The translations under genes and the position numbers were made by a program. Source: Lama guanicoe (taxonomy: Eukaryota). Taken from it: a DNA stretch of 64,000 nt. This document shows positions 25,721-38,889 of this stretch, one piece after another (within the stretch, counting starts at the first letter, position 1; the number at the start of each line of letters is the position of its first letter). Location of the stretch: contig MU053881.1 of NCBI GenBank assembly GCA_013239625.1, positions 9,261,957-9,325,956 on the forward strand. Reading direction: 5' to 3'. The notes under the pieces were generated by a model. The model was not told the origin of the DNA. It saw only the letters and a list, made by a program, of their open reading frames with translations, and searched no databases.

Positions 25721-27839
25721 TTAGAAAAGAGCTAAAAGTCCATTCCTCCTTTACAAACATTCAGAAAACCCTACTTAATGGGAAGTGATGCTAGCTCAAA
25801 CCCGAAGAGACAATAAACTAGGATTGTACTTGCAAGTCTAACTCACAAGTAACCCAGTGTGCCTCACTCTGTACAGTGTAACAAGGAAGCACTGTCACCA
25901 GCATGCAACGTTAGGAACCAAGGCCAGGCCATTCAGAAGTGGTATCTTCATAACTGGCTTACACGCCTTCTGAGTGAAGGAATCCTCTCCAGAAGAGCCA
26001 AGGTCTTGTAGATTCAGATTTCTTTTTTAACTCCTTTCCTAAAAAAACTAGGGTCCTGCAATTCTAAAGGATTTATTCAGAATCATTCAGCTCTCCAAGA
26101 AAAATAACAGATTCCTTGACAATCCACTGGTTGCCCTTTCATCAGATTTTTACAACCAAATTGCTAATTCGTTTCTGGAGGACAGACCTCCTCCACTAGG
26201 CCTCCGTAAATAATTTTAAAAGAATGAACGGTTTCTGAATTTTACTGCAGGATCTCTTTCTACTTGATCCTAAGTGGCTATACCCACCTTGTGTTGCTTC
26301 CCCGAGCCTCCATGACCAGTCACGTGACTCCTGGTACTCTGCCAAGGCACTGGCTCAGAGCACTGAGTAAAGGCAACCCCTCTACCTTCCCCTCTACGGA
26401 ACATATCATCATTCTTAGACCCACATCCAGATCAGATTAGCAAGAAAATATTACCTTGTGTTCTTTAGTCCTGCAACTGTGAACAAATCTTTCTAACTTA
26501 AAACGCAAAAATAAAAACCAAACCAAATTCATTGCAAATAGATTCTAAACAAATGAGCCACTCCACCTGACTCCAAGCAGCAAACAAACAACAACAACAA
26601 CAAAAAAACCAACAAATAACCATTGTGAACACGGCTCTTAATTTCTGAATGCACCATAACACGGAATAGCAGAATCATACCAGACTTTTAAAGGTTCTCC
26701 TGACATAGTGGAAGGGCAATGTTGACTTATAATTGCATGGCAGCCACATAAAATTAGCAATTATATTTGTCAATAGAGATAAATATAATTTCTGTGCTTA
26801 GGATCTGCTAACTTGATTTCCATGTTGGTCACCATCTATTATTGCAAAACTTTCTATCACTGGCTTATTAAAGCTTCATTATGGCAGAAAATGTTAATGC
26901 TCATTTGGTTCCAGTCCATGCAGAAAGCTTTGTAGTCACAAATGATTGACACAAATAATCTTTTCTAGTAGACTATTAAACTTGTAAAGATTGACTATTT
27001 AAACAGAGTCATTTTTGGAAAATGTTACGTGTGTACAGACACAAGTATAAAGGAAGATAACAAATGCTAAAAATACGGTGAAATTATAAGACGATGATGA
27101 AACAAAACACCTTTGCAGTTTTTCTGAAATAGAAGTAAAGGTTTTCTTCTTCAGGACAGTAAGTGTAAGATTCCGGTTGTGACGGCTCCCGAACCAAGTT
27201 TCTATTCTGTGTAGTTTCTTTTAATAAACATACACAGCTAGAAAAAAGTTGATGTCATATTTTTGCTAAAAGAGTTTAGGTTTTCAATCGCCAATAAAAA
27301 TGAATTGTAACTAAAAATGTAAAGGGCTAAGAATGAAATGAAAACTTAACTGGCAATCAGAAAAACCATCACAGAAGTAATTTGTTAATGGCTAATGACT
27401 CATTAAACAGAACACTGGCATCGTAAACCGTATAAGCACTTTAAAAACTGTGGCCCCAATTAAAAGGTTACACATAGCAAAGCATATTTGGGAAAATGCC
27501 AGAAAAGTCAGACTTTACTCCGCCAGACATTCAGAGTTGTGTCTAACATATTGCATTTAAGCCTCAAATTTAGAAAACTGATTTATAACATTAATCTTTA
27601 CTTGCGAAAGTAACAAATGCTTATCATAATCACACTGTAATTAAAAAATAAAGTCTTGCAAGAGTCTCTTTCTACTGTAGCTTATAAGATGCCATTTCTG
27701 CATTGAAAAATACACTTTTTAAGTAACCATCAAACATGTTTATTAAAACCTAATTACACAGACATAAAATGTGCATTTTGATGCAGTGCTAGAACTAATC
27801 CCTGGTCTGATGATCCTCCTATCAGCCAAACTTCAGATT

Positions 27840-27841
<2 letters not shown>

Positions 27842-27878
<37 letters not shown>
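27842..27878. repeat. (AC)n microsatellite
   Basis: Perfect AC run. Confidence 0.98.
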
Positions 27879-27879
<1 letters not shown>

Positions 27880-29739
27880 TTTACTTTTTATCTGTTGTCA
27901 AGATTAAACACTCCTGGTAGACTGCCTGATAGAATAATTTGATTAGGAGAGTGCTGAAAGTTTCCACGCAAATCTAAAGACAACTCTGATTCTTAATACA
28001 GAAAAACAAGTCAGAATGAAAGTATATTCAATTATGTATCGTTTGGGAGGACAGAGATGTTTACTGGTGGCATCATTTTTGAATACGGCAAAGGTAGACT
28101 ATTCAACTGAGTATAAGAGAAACGTTCTGTATCACAGGAGAATCACAATTTTAAGAATATTTGCTCCCTCTTCCTGTGCATATTAATTGTTAAGACTGCT
28201 GAATTGTTTGAGTACCACAAAGAGAAAGTGGGAATGTATACAGTGTACATTTCATTCAATAATCAGTGATTCAACATACAGGTTCCTACAAACTGCCTAC
28301 GTGAGTGAGGTATATCGGAACAGTATCTGTATTTGATGCTGGATTCCAGCACAAAGAGAGCGTTGCTCCAAGTTTTAGAGGAAGAGGATTAAACACAACT
28401 TTGCCTGATAGTTTTTCCAAATACTATACACTTTGAGTTACCTATTTCTAAGAATTATGAAATAAAAACACTTTCCCCAGGGTCCACGAAGTTCAGGAGG
28501 GGTTTTGTTTAGAAGGGGGAATATTTTAAAAGGTTATCTTTGAAGCCGCCTCTGAAAAGGCATGTGGCGACACCCCCTCAACTCCAAACAAGAGTGAGAA
28601 TGACCTATTTTACTTTGCTGTCTTTTTGTAAATTTCATTTTACCCGTGGTTAGCACGTGGCTTTAAGGATTAAGATGCCGAACTTACTACTGAATCCAAA
28701 ATTAAGATTCATTTCCTCAGAACTGGCTGGGTAAACTCTGGTTCATCCTATGATGCATGCCTTGATTGTATGTATAGCACATGGATACAATTGGCAAAAG
28801 GACCTAAATCCAAAACACTTTATGTGAATCCCAGTTCAGCTTAGGCCTCCTTGCACACAATCAAAAGGGATGGAGAGATTCTGCTCAAGTAAGAAAATCA
28901 TTAGCAACAATTTAGAAATAAGTCAGAATTTGGCCAAAAGGTAAATAAGCAATTTTTACGATCCTGAAAGAGACAGTTAAAGATGCGCTTTCAAAAAAAT
29001 CATTTTCCATTGGAAACAGTATTTTTTGGAAAATTGAAAGTCAATCCATTTATAAATTAAGAAAAAAAAGCTTTCCTATCTATTTATTTATTTTTACCTA
29101 ACGGGAAAAGTAAAAATATATTTAGCTATCATTTATAAATTTACTTCTTGGAAGATGTTTTCACAGTGCAAGATGTCAATGACCAGCAACATTACAGTAA
29201 ATGAGAATTCTGGAAACAATAATACACAGTTTGTCACGTTGGATGAACTGAGACACATGTAGGTTTTTGGGCTCCATGCATCTGATTTACCCTTTTCTGT
29301 TACAGATATCAGACATGACGGAACTCTAAGGCCAGATACGGGTGTGATGAAGAGTTCTGCTGTGCTTTTCCAAAAACCAACTGCACTTGGAGCAGCGGGC
29401 TGTTTTATGATAACAGTAGGGAGAAAGTAGTATTCTTGGGCCCCACAGGAAGACGATTGCAGGGGAGTTAGGAGTGGAGGAGGAGGAGCTTCACTGTCTC
29501 TGAGCATCGAAATGTCAAACTATCTTTAGGAAGCTTTCAGAGCCATGAAAAGAGAACCATAATGGTAAGTTCTAGTATTACCTTCCTCTTCAAGGATATT
29601 TAATGGTCTGATAGTCCAAAGAATAGAGAATATAGCCGGACTGGGGGTTTAGATGTGAAATCAGTCATCGTTGGATCTTTTCTTTCTTAAGGGAAGATTA
29701 TGTTTAGATCAGTATCATTAAGAATTGGCATCTTCATTT

Positions 29740-29950
29740 AGTCACGCACCCTGGATATTCATGGGCTTTGGGTTAAGGCAGATACTGGTAAACCCCAGCT
29801 TTGTAATTCCGTACCTCTGTGACCTTGGGCCTGTTTCTTATGCAGGCTGACCCTCAACTGCCACTCTGGATAATAACACATTTACGAGGTGGTTGCCAAG
29901 TCCAAGGAAAACCATGCAGATGGTGAAGCAAGTGCTTGGAGCAAAGGAAG
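29740..29950 (+). mobile_element. MIR SINE
   Basis: atgggctttggg...ggcagatactgg...ctgtgaccttgggc...ggtggttg...aagtgcttgg. Confidence 0.7.
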
Positions 29951-30024
29951 AGCTCAGTTTATGCTTCTCCCTTTCAACATTGCTTCTCCTCATCTAACAG
30001 CACAAAAAGTCTTTCAAGAGAAAA

Positions 30025-30170
30025 ACAATATGAAAAGGAATATATGCATGTATATGATGACTGAAACATTATGCTGTACACCAGAAATTGACACATCATT
30101 GTAAACTGACTATACTTCAATTTTTAAAAAATTTAAAAAGAGTACTTGAATTTTAAAAATTAAAAAAAAA
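30025..30170 (+). mobile_element. Short, relatively young L1 3' terminus with A-rich tail and probable TSD AAGAGAAAA
   Basis: gactgaaacattatgctgtacaccagaaattgacaca...ttgtaaactgactatacttcaa is a cetartiodactyl-type L1 3' end. aagagaaaa at 30016-30024 and 30169-30177. Confidence 0.85.
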
Positions 30171-31849
30171 GAGAAAATGTGAACTAATGATATTTTTAAT
30201 TGAGCAAAACAAGATACGTTCACCTTCAGTAACTTTCCACACTATTTCTGCAACCCGGCTTCATGAAAAGCACCATTTTAGAATCCTTAAATAGGCATAT
30301 ATGAAAACATTTACCAAACCAGAGTGTGGCTATGAGTTAGCACCTAATACCCAAGGTGCTTACAACTGATGCCAGAGAGAAACTGCATGTGATATCACCT
30401 GCAACTTAAGAATCTCTAATAACGTGTAATTACTAGAGAAATGTGAAATATTGGGAGACATATGGTTTTTAAAATCTTTCCCAGGATAACCAGTGTGGCA
30501 TGGCAAGTGTGAGACCCCCTTTTTTGGGAAAGTTATGGATCATAAGTTAGACTCAGCTATAGGTACTATGTATGCTGATTATATGAATTAAATTTGAATA
30601 GTTGAGTGCATTTCCGGTAAATGCATAGTCATGTGCTTTTTTTGGTTGTTTTTTTTAGAGAATTTACTTGGAAAGAAACGAGTCTCTTGCTAATACTGAT
30701 AAAGGGGATTTGAAAGCTGAAACGGTGTCCAGTCTTTTCCTGCAAGGGCAATTGACCATAATCTCCTGCAAGAGAGTAGAGTCAGACCTGTTGTGAAGAG
30801 ACATGGTCAGTTCTCAACTTTTGCAGAAGAGGTTTACAAATGATTTGGTCTCTTCCGCTAAGGTAAGTATATTTATGGCTCCTCACTCTAATGTTATGAT
30901 GAAAATGGGTTCAGTTCAGATAATGCTGGATAACAGGAAACAAAATAATAATACTGGATGACGGGGAACAAAAAATACCTAATACGGTATTCATGATCCA
31001 GGCTCATATTGGCAATTCATCACCAAAAGATTTCACTTGTCTTTCCCTGTAACTGCTATAAAAACTGTGCATCCAGATAGATGATTAGATTGTAACAGAT
31101 GCTAACTTCTTTATTACTCGTATGCAGAAAGAGGATGCATCCTTGTCAAAGGTACAGCTCTTTAGTAACATGCGGTTGTAGACAGCACTACGGTTTACAA
31201 ACTTAACACTGCACTATTCTCTTTATGGGAGGGAGAAGGAAAAGAAAACAATGCTCTCGATAAGATACGTTTTCTCCAGCTCACTGGTGCTTTTCCTTAT
31301 GGCTTAAACTCTTCACTCCTTCCTGACACGCAGTCTCCCAAGATAAAAATATTACTCTGAGTCAGCAATGCAACCGCATACAGTGAAAGTAGAAAAAAAT
31401 TGTCCTTAAGTCTCCTGGAGGGGTTCTGGCCCCTATTTACCCAAAAGTGAGCTGGGCAGCTCCCTGGGATTTCACACGCAGCCGTCTTGATCTTTCTTAT
31501 TTGAAATTTCATTGCGATCCGAACCCAGAGCTTCCTTGTGTCTGCCCACCGACTCACCACCACTGGGAACATTCTAGATTCACACTTTAAATGTTTTCTT
31601 CTATGAAATACAGCTCTCTGACCTCTAATAACTGAGAAAGGAACCAAACAACTAACAGTCCGGAGAAGTGGAAATGAAACAAATGTATCATGTATAAAAT
31701 AGATGTTTTTTGGAGATCCTCAAATGCTCAGATATACATATATTACTGAAAAGACATTCACTTGCATTTGAGTTCTCAACAGTTGCCCTGGAATAAACAC
31801 TTTCCTCTGGGCAGCTGCCAGCCAGCTAGTAGTTAACAATTGGCCAACG

Positions 31850-32090
31850 TGATCCAGAGTGAAATACTCAGGGTTGGAATTCTAATTCTGCCACTTGCTG
31901 TCTTTATGATTTAGGATAATTTCTCTTATTCTCTGACCTGTGCTCTCCTTAAATATAAAATGGGGATTAAAAACCAGAGAAGTATCTCATGTGACTGGTG
32001 CGATGCTTCAATAAATTTGCCCATGTGAAGGGCTTATCAAGGTGCCTGGTGCACAAAACATGATCAATGAACTTGAGCTGCTGTCATCAT
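31850..32090 (+). mobile_element. MIR SINE
   Basis: ttctgccacttgctgtc...taaaatgggga...gtgcctggtgcacaaa. Confidence 0.75.
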
Positions 32091-34289
32091 CGGTAGGCAT
32101 GCATGCCTGGCTACGTTTGCAGTCGTGACAGTGATATTGAGAAGGACAAAACTATAATTCATTGTTTTGTCCCTTAGGATACATGATCTGTAGAAATTAA
32201 GCTAGAAAACACGACCTGTTCTTAGACCTTTTCTCTTGCCCCTTTCTGGATTTCCATGAAAGAGTAGCACCTCATGGTTTTATATTTTTGACTCTATGGG
32301 GATGACAGAGTTCGTTGCATTCATTATTTACTTCAGTACCCTATGGAGTGTATTAGTCTGAAAAGAATCCAAGGAAGGGGTGCATATGTGTGTGTGTATG
32401 TGTGCATGTGTCTGTATCCATGTGTGTGAACCTGACCAGCCAATTGGCTCTGAAACTTGACTGTCACATCTGTCTTTTGGGCTACATAGCTTATTTCTGT
32501 CTCTAACTTACAACTATTATGCTTTTCATGGGCCATTAATCACTCAGATTTGTTAAGCTTAAATTCATCTCAAGTATACTGTCAAACACTATCTGATCAA
32601 TAGGCAATCAGTATCTGAAATTATCAAGAGTATGAGCTTCTAGGTGAAACAAATCAACAAAAATAAAATGTGTGAGTTAGAATCATACTACCAGAAATAG
32701 TTAAAGTAATTTATACCTTATTATAGAGATACATTTCCTTTTGCTTTGTGCCACACGTTTATTTCTCTGTCATAAAACTTTGGCTGCTGATTTTGGTATA
32801 CTGTATTTGAGATGTAAGTAAGGTGCATGAAATAGAAGTATCACATATTTTTCTAAAATATTTATTGAGTGCCCATCTATGTAGATATGGTGCTGAATCA
32901 CCAGAGTTCAGGGCAGTATAATAACTCTTATAAACATTTAAAAAATCTAGGGAAGGCTGAGTTTGCTGGAAAATTTTCAACACATTGGCATCACAATGTG
33001 ACATTATTCTCCAATGAAAGTACATTTCAGTAGGTATTTCTGTGCATCTTCAAAGTTTGTTGGGGGGTAATGTACGAAGAACATTCTAGAAGAAAGCTCT
33101 CTCTAGGCCATCTAGTACATGGACCTCAAGGAAGAAGCCTGATTCTAATGTGCCTTCTGTAAAGGAAAGAGTCCACATCTTTCTTGTATTCTCTTCGAAA
33201 TATATACAAAGAACAATGGTGTCCCTGAAAGGAATTCAAGCATCCCCCGGAAGAACGTTTAAAAAAAGACTTTCTGGACTTCTATAAATCTTAATTGTTT
33301 TTTTAAAAAAACATAACAATGTATCTGAATATGAACTAAAAATTGTATACCCTCCCCACCAAAAATGAAACAACAACAACACAAAAAACCAGTAGTGACA
33401 CAGAAAGTGCTGTGCTATGAAAAATATAAAACAGTGCTATGAACCTGTTGGGATGTTCAGGTGGGAGTGCCAAACACTGCACTTAGTCTAGGCGTTCTTC
33501 CTACCAAAAGGTGCATGGTGCTCACTTATTAGCTGCTTGTTTGTGGGTTGAAAGGGAAGCAGAGTTTACGATTTCATTGCAAGTGGATAAGCAACTGCAG
33601 TTTATTTCAACAGTGTGAGCAGCACAAATCACACAATCCCGAAGTTACAGAGTTGAAAACAGAAGGTATTCAAATAAAGAAGAGTCCCCCTAAAAGCCCA
33701 GCCAGGAGGCAAATAAAGTAGACATTTGACCTAACTGAAATTCAGCAGATTTCTTAAAGACACATTTTTGGGGGGTGGTTTAGGGAAACTGACATTGTCT
33801 TTGTTAGTGTTTTACAGAGGCATTTATTTTTAGTTATACAGCTGAAACTCTCCAGCCCAATGAACTGTGGCTGTCTGTGGTGTGTTCAGCAGACAGAAAA
33901 AAAAAAGACATTTTGCCATTAGTTCTAAAAATATCAGTGACATGTCAGGGTCATCATTTCTATGTTAAGAACCATGGTGAGTTAGATAGAGATGAACTTA
34001 TGTCTTTCACACTCAGCATCTTGAGTGCAAATGAAATTTTGAAAGAACCTTTCATAGTTTTTAAGCTGAATATGCAACTCAATTCAAAATCTAAAACAAG
34101 CACACCTGTAACACATGGAAAATGATGGGGGATGACTCGCATCTGAACTCCATGTGGGAGATGAAAATTATTTTAAATTGACAGTATCCTTTTAATATCT
34201 ATAATATAATACATAATGCTATATCCTGGAGATATGATAGTGAGATGTTGTAGATATTATCTTAAAGACATTGGATAATATCTTTTAGA

Positions 34290-34415
34290 GGTTGGATGGG
34301 GCACTAGATTGAGAGAGCTTTGAGACAGGCTGGATCAGGCTCTCACTACATTTGCAACTTGGGACCAGTCACTTAACCCGTCTGGACTTCAGTTTCCTCA
34401 ACTTTGACATGAGAC
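34290..34415 (+). mobile_element. MIR fragment
   Basis: cttgggaccagtcacttaacccgtctggacttcagtttcctca. Confidence 0.65.
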
Positions 34416-34767
34416 AACCGCTCCTTCCACACCAAAAATTCTGCACTTCAGAAATGAGAGGGACTAAATATGTCTGTCCTATTTTCTGTGAGATACACCA
34501 AAGCTTAATATGCATAATATAAAGTCTAATATACCTATATATTTGTATAATAACAAATGTTCCATATAGATATACGTATATATATGTAATGCTTGAATAA
34601 ACGTGTTTATCTTTACATCCGGTAATATGCAAAAGGATCTGGGGGCTTTTCTAGTTTGCAAACTGCAAACAACAAGTAAGAAAATATTTAGGAAATTTAC
34701 TTTTGAGTGACATCGGCTAGAGTCTCAGCGTATGTATGTCGGTTTATGTGACTGATTAAAAAAGTCT

Positions 34768-35605
34768 GCCACCTCACACCCACTAGGATGGTTACTACTG
34801 AGAAACAACAAGAACAACAGAAAGTAACAAGTGTTGACAAGGATGTGGATAAACTGGAACTCTCACGCACTGTTGGTGGGGATGTAAGATGGTGCAGCCA
34901 TTATGGAAAATAGTCTGGTGGCTCCCCACAAAGTTAAAAATAGAATTTTCATGTGATCCAGAAATTCCACTTTCAGTTCTATATCAGAGAGAATTGAAAG
35001 CTGAGTTTCTGATATTTGTACATTCATGGTCATAGCAGCATTGTGCACAATAGCCAAAAGATGGAAGTGACTCAAGCGTCTACCAACGGAGGACTAAACA
35101 AAATGCAGTATATACACACAATAGAATGCTGTTCAGACTTAAAAAAGAAGGAGGCGGGGGAGGCTAGCTCAAGGGTAGAGTGCATGCTTAGCATGCATGA
35201 AGTCCTGGGTTCCATCCCCACCAGTATTTCCACTAAAAAAAAAAAAAAGGAAGGAAAATCTGACATATGCTACACTGTGATGAACTTTGAGGACATGATG
35301 CTATGTGAAATAAACCAGACACAAAAGGATAGATCTTGTATAATTTCAATTACATGAAGCACCAAAATCACCCAAGTTCTTAGAAACAGAAAACAGAACA
35401 ATAGTTGGCCAGGGGTTATGGAGCGAGGGGAATAGGGAGTTAGTGTTTGATGGGCACAGAGTTTCCCAATGGGCAGAGATGAAAAAGACTTCCGAGGATG
35501 GATGATGGTTGCACAATATATGAATGTACCTAACGCTTACTAAACTGTACACTTAAAAATAGTTAAGACTGTAAAATGTATGTTATACATATTATCCCAC
35601 ATTAC
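34768..35605 (+). mobile_element. LINE-1 (L1MB-like) 3' end, interrupted by a SINE
   Basis: ccacctcacacccactaggatgg...aacaagtgttgacaaggatgtgga...ttcatggtcatagcagcattgtgcacaatagccaaaagatggaa...actgtacacttaaaaatagttaag. Confidence 0.93.
35153..35248 (+). mobile_element. tRNA-Ala-derived SINE (camelid Vic-1-like) with poly(A) tail
   Basis: gggggaggctagctcaagggtagagtgcatgcttagcatgcatgaagtcctgggttccatcccca has A-box/B-box-like motifs and a tRNA-Ala-like body. A14 tail. Imperfect TSD aaaa[a/g]gaagga. Confidence 0.85.
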
Positions 35606-35679
35606 ATACATACACACATAATACATACATGAGCAGTGTGACTTGAAGCTGAATGTGTCTGCTGTCTACAGTGCTCAGA

Positions 35680-35950
35680 GAAACAGCATTTCACGATGGC
35701 TAAGAGGACAGAGCCTGGAACTGGACCGCCTGCCTTTGAATTCTGGCTCCACCCCTCACCCACCATGCGCCACTTTGGGTCAGTTATGTAAACGCTCTGT
35801 GACTCCTTTTCCTCATCTGTAAACTGAGGACAGTGACAGTACTCTCTTCAGAGAGCTGTTGTGACACAGACACGTGTGGATATAGTAAGGCATTTCCCAA
35901 GGTGCCTGGCAAATATGAAACATGGTATCAGTGCTGCCTCTTGTTATTAC
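35680..35950 (+). mobile_element. MIR SINE (near full length)
   Basis: tggctaagag...tgcctttgaattctggctcc...ctctgtgactccttttcctcatctgtaaaa...gtgcctggcaaata. Confidence 0.85.
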
Positions 35951-37426
35951 TTAGTGTTTCTGCCGCTAACAAAGTTCTGCTGCAGTGCCTTTTAGGCACG
36001 ATGTCAATTTCATCCTCCTAGTGGTAGCAAGGACATCCTCTTAGCTTGCTTGACGTTTTGAAATATCTCATAATTATAACTAAAAGATTGGTTGCTCTTA
36101 AATGAATAGGAAAATGAGAATATTTTCTTATTTTCTTTTTTTGGCTGCAGTAAGCAATATTTAGTCTACAATAATTTGAAGGTTTGGGAAGGGAAAGGGT
36201 CGTTGCAGAAGACTGATACCTTGACCCGTGTGATGGGAAGAACGGATGGCCTCCCTGAGTCTAAGACCATCAGTAAAAGGACATATCACATAAACAGATA
36301 ACTCAAGCTGCCTTGAGTTCTGTGTCTCTTTTCATCAATGATCATGTTTGAAAATCTTGGCATTGTTTGCATAGCAAGTATTTCGCCTGGATGTTTCTCG
36401 GAAAACAGGAAATTTTGCTGTGACTTAAGGAGGGGTGCTACACGAACACAGGAAAAGGTCTCTAAAGAAACTGTTCACTTGTTCGACAAAAAAAAAAAAA
36501 AAGAAAGAAAGACAAATGTGTTGTCTTCTGGGAGGGAGGTGTCTATGGTATAAAAGAGACCGTTTTCAAAAATGCTGAAGAGTGGCTTCTTTCAAAAAGG
36601 ACTTGAACGTTTTGCATAAAGTTTGGGGAGGCAGAGAACAGCCTTTCAAGGCAGGAGACAAATGAACTTGAAAGATCTAAATTAATAAGCTATCACCTGT
36701 GCGGTATGATTGCATACCTTTTCAAGGGATTGGTATGCTAGAAACAGGCTCTCTGCTAAGGTAACAGACTTTCCTGCCTCTTGACTGCTTTAGAGATCGC
36801 CAAGATGCGAGACGAGAGCTTTCCAAGATGGCTCTGAGGCTGAGGAGGAAAGAAGTTATTAAAATCATTTTTACATTTGTGCCTAAGGTAAGAAAGACCT
36901 GTGAGAAGAAACTATATGCTTCCAAACATAGCTGGAAACAGCAGAGGGGACAGAGGAATTCTCACTCTTGTATTTAGCTCTGGTAATAGTCTTCTCTCCG
37001 GGAAATCAACTACAGGGTTCTTCGAGATGCAGCTTGACTTACGAATGTGGAAATTCAGATATTGGCAAATGTATACCTTTAATATTATCTGCCTGAACCT
37101 GACGAACAGATGGCATAAACTAAAATCAGCTTACCAGAAATAATTATACCAAATGAATATTAGATGGATGAAACCTAAAATTTGATGCTTTTTATATTAA
37201 GTCAAAATTAGAAATAGATAAGCTCATTTATGTAGCTAATAAATTGAAAGCAGAACATCCATCTTGTGTAAAAAGGAATACTCTGAAATGGAAATTAATA
37301 TCCTAGTGCGTAAACACTTTGAAGCCCAGCTACCTCTATCTAGTCTATATTTTGTCTGAAAATGATGTTTTTACTAAACAACACAGTAAAGCCTCTGGAA
37401 CAAAGGCACAGCACATAAAAAATAGA

Positions 37427-37428
<2 letters not shown>

Positions 37429-37467
<39 letters not shown>
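37429..37467. repeat. (TG)n microsatellite
   Basis: Perfect TG run. Confidence 0.98.
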
Positions 37468-37468
<1 letters not shown>

Positions 37469-38889
37469 CGTGACAATCAGAAACGTACTTAGAAAAAAAA
37501 ATAGAGTTGGAAAAGAAAAAACAGGTCAGATTTAGTTCAGTTTGATTCATCTGTACTTACTAGGCACCTACTATGTGTAAAGCCCGTAGTGCTAAGTCTA
37601 GAGAAGAAACCACTTGTGGGATTTGGTAAGTCATTGAAACAATGAAAGCTCTCTTCCCTTTCCCTGGGATGCTCAAAGTGGTTTGAGGTCCCTCCTTTTG
37701 ACTAGAGTGTAACTGAACAATCAGATACAGCGGGGCATCTCTTCCAAGGGCACGCCCAACTCCGTATAGCCAACTTTGAGATTTCAGGGTTGTCAACCAA
37801 AAAATGAACACCTCTGCTTCATTTTGCCCAGCAATCCAAGTGGCACCTACTAAAGAAATTGTCTCCAAAATGTTGTGCACAGTAGCTCCCCTGAGAGACA
37901 GCCAATGAGAAAAAGTTAGTAAGACCACTCAACATTCATTCAAAATTCATGATCCACTTGTCCTTTCTAACCTCCGAAGGACAAGAAATTGGTGCCCTCT
38001 CATCATCTGGCTACCAGAGACACTATATTATTTTATGAAGAATCTATGAAATTGATTTGTAATAAATGCCCGTTTGGAGGTCAAGGTGCAGCTGAGAGCA
38101 GCTGTGTGTCTTCTGAAGAAAGGTCATGACTATTGCATACAAACAAGCCTGAAAACTATAATCACCCTTGAATGATCCCTTGGGTCAATGACAATTTAAA
38201 AGCTTTATAAACCCAAGGAGATTAGGGGAGGCACAGAGCAGCCTTTAAAAGCAAGAGCCAAATGAACCTGAATTATCAAAGATAAGTGGAATAGCAGATT
38301 CAGTTAACTTCTTTATCAACCAAAATTAATGTACTGACAAATTAAAAGCAACAGTGAATTACATGCCTTCCATATCTGGCAGAGACATCACTTCGAAAAA
38401 AAAAATAAAAAGAAGATGGATAATAAAATGTTTTATTTTAATGTTCCCAGGAGATACATTTGAAAAATATACACATATATCGACAACAAGGGGATAAGCC
38501 ATGCTTTTGACACTTTGAAATGAAGCATTTTAACATACACCCTTTTTCAGGAAATTTGATATTTTGTTTGGACTAAGACGAGATACCTGTTTCAGAGGAG
38601 AGCTGTATTTTCATTTCAAAGCTCAGAACAAAAGCCAAGTGATGAATTGCATGTTTTGAGTTTGACTACTTAGAAATTCCTTTGTTGCAATGTTTACTCA
38701 TTGAACAAGAAACTCTTGATAATAGGGAATTTCTTTGGCTTCTCAAAAGAAAGAATTCAACATTAATGACTGCATGTGACATTTGGAAGATTGACATGAA
38801 TGTAGGAGGAACAGATAAATTGGAGCTAGAAAGATCAGAAGGGGACCTATTGATCAATTTATGATCCTGCATTGCTTTGCTTCATACTT

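Noticed and set aside
29133..29507. 124-aa minus-strand ORF
   Set aside because: No recognisable homology and no convincing splice sites; length is compatible with chance in 64 kb.
35153..35235. Functional tRNA-Ala gene
   Set aside because: Degenerate stems, poly(A) tail, TSD and location inside an L1 indicate a SINE.
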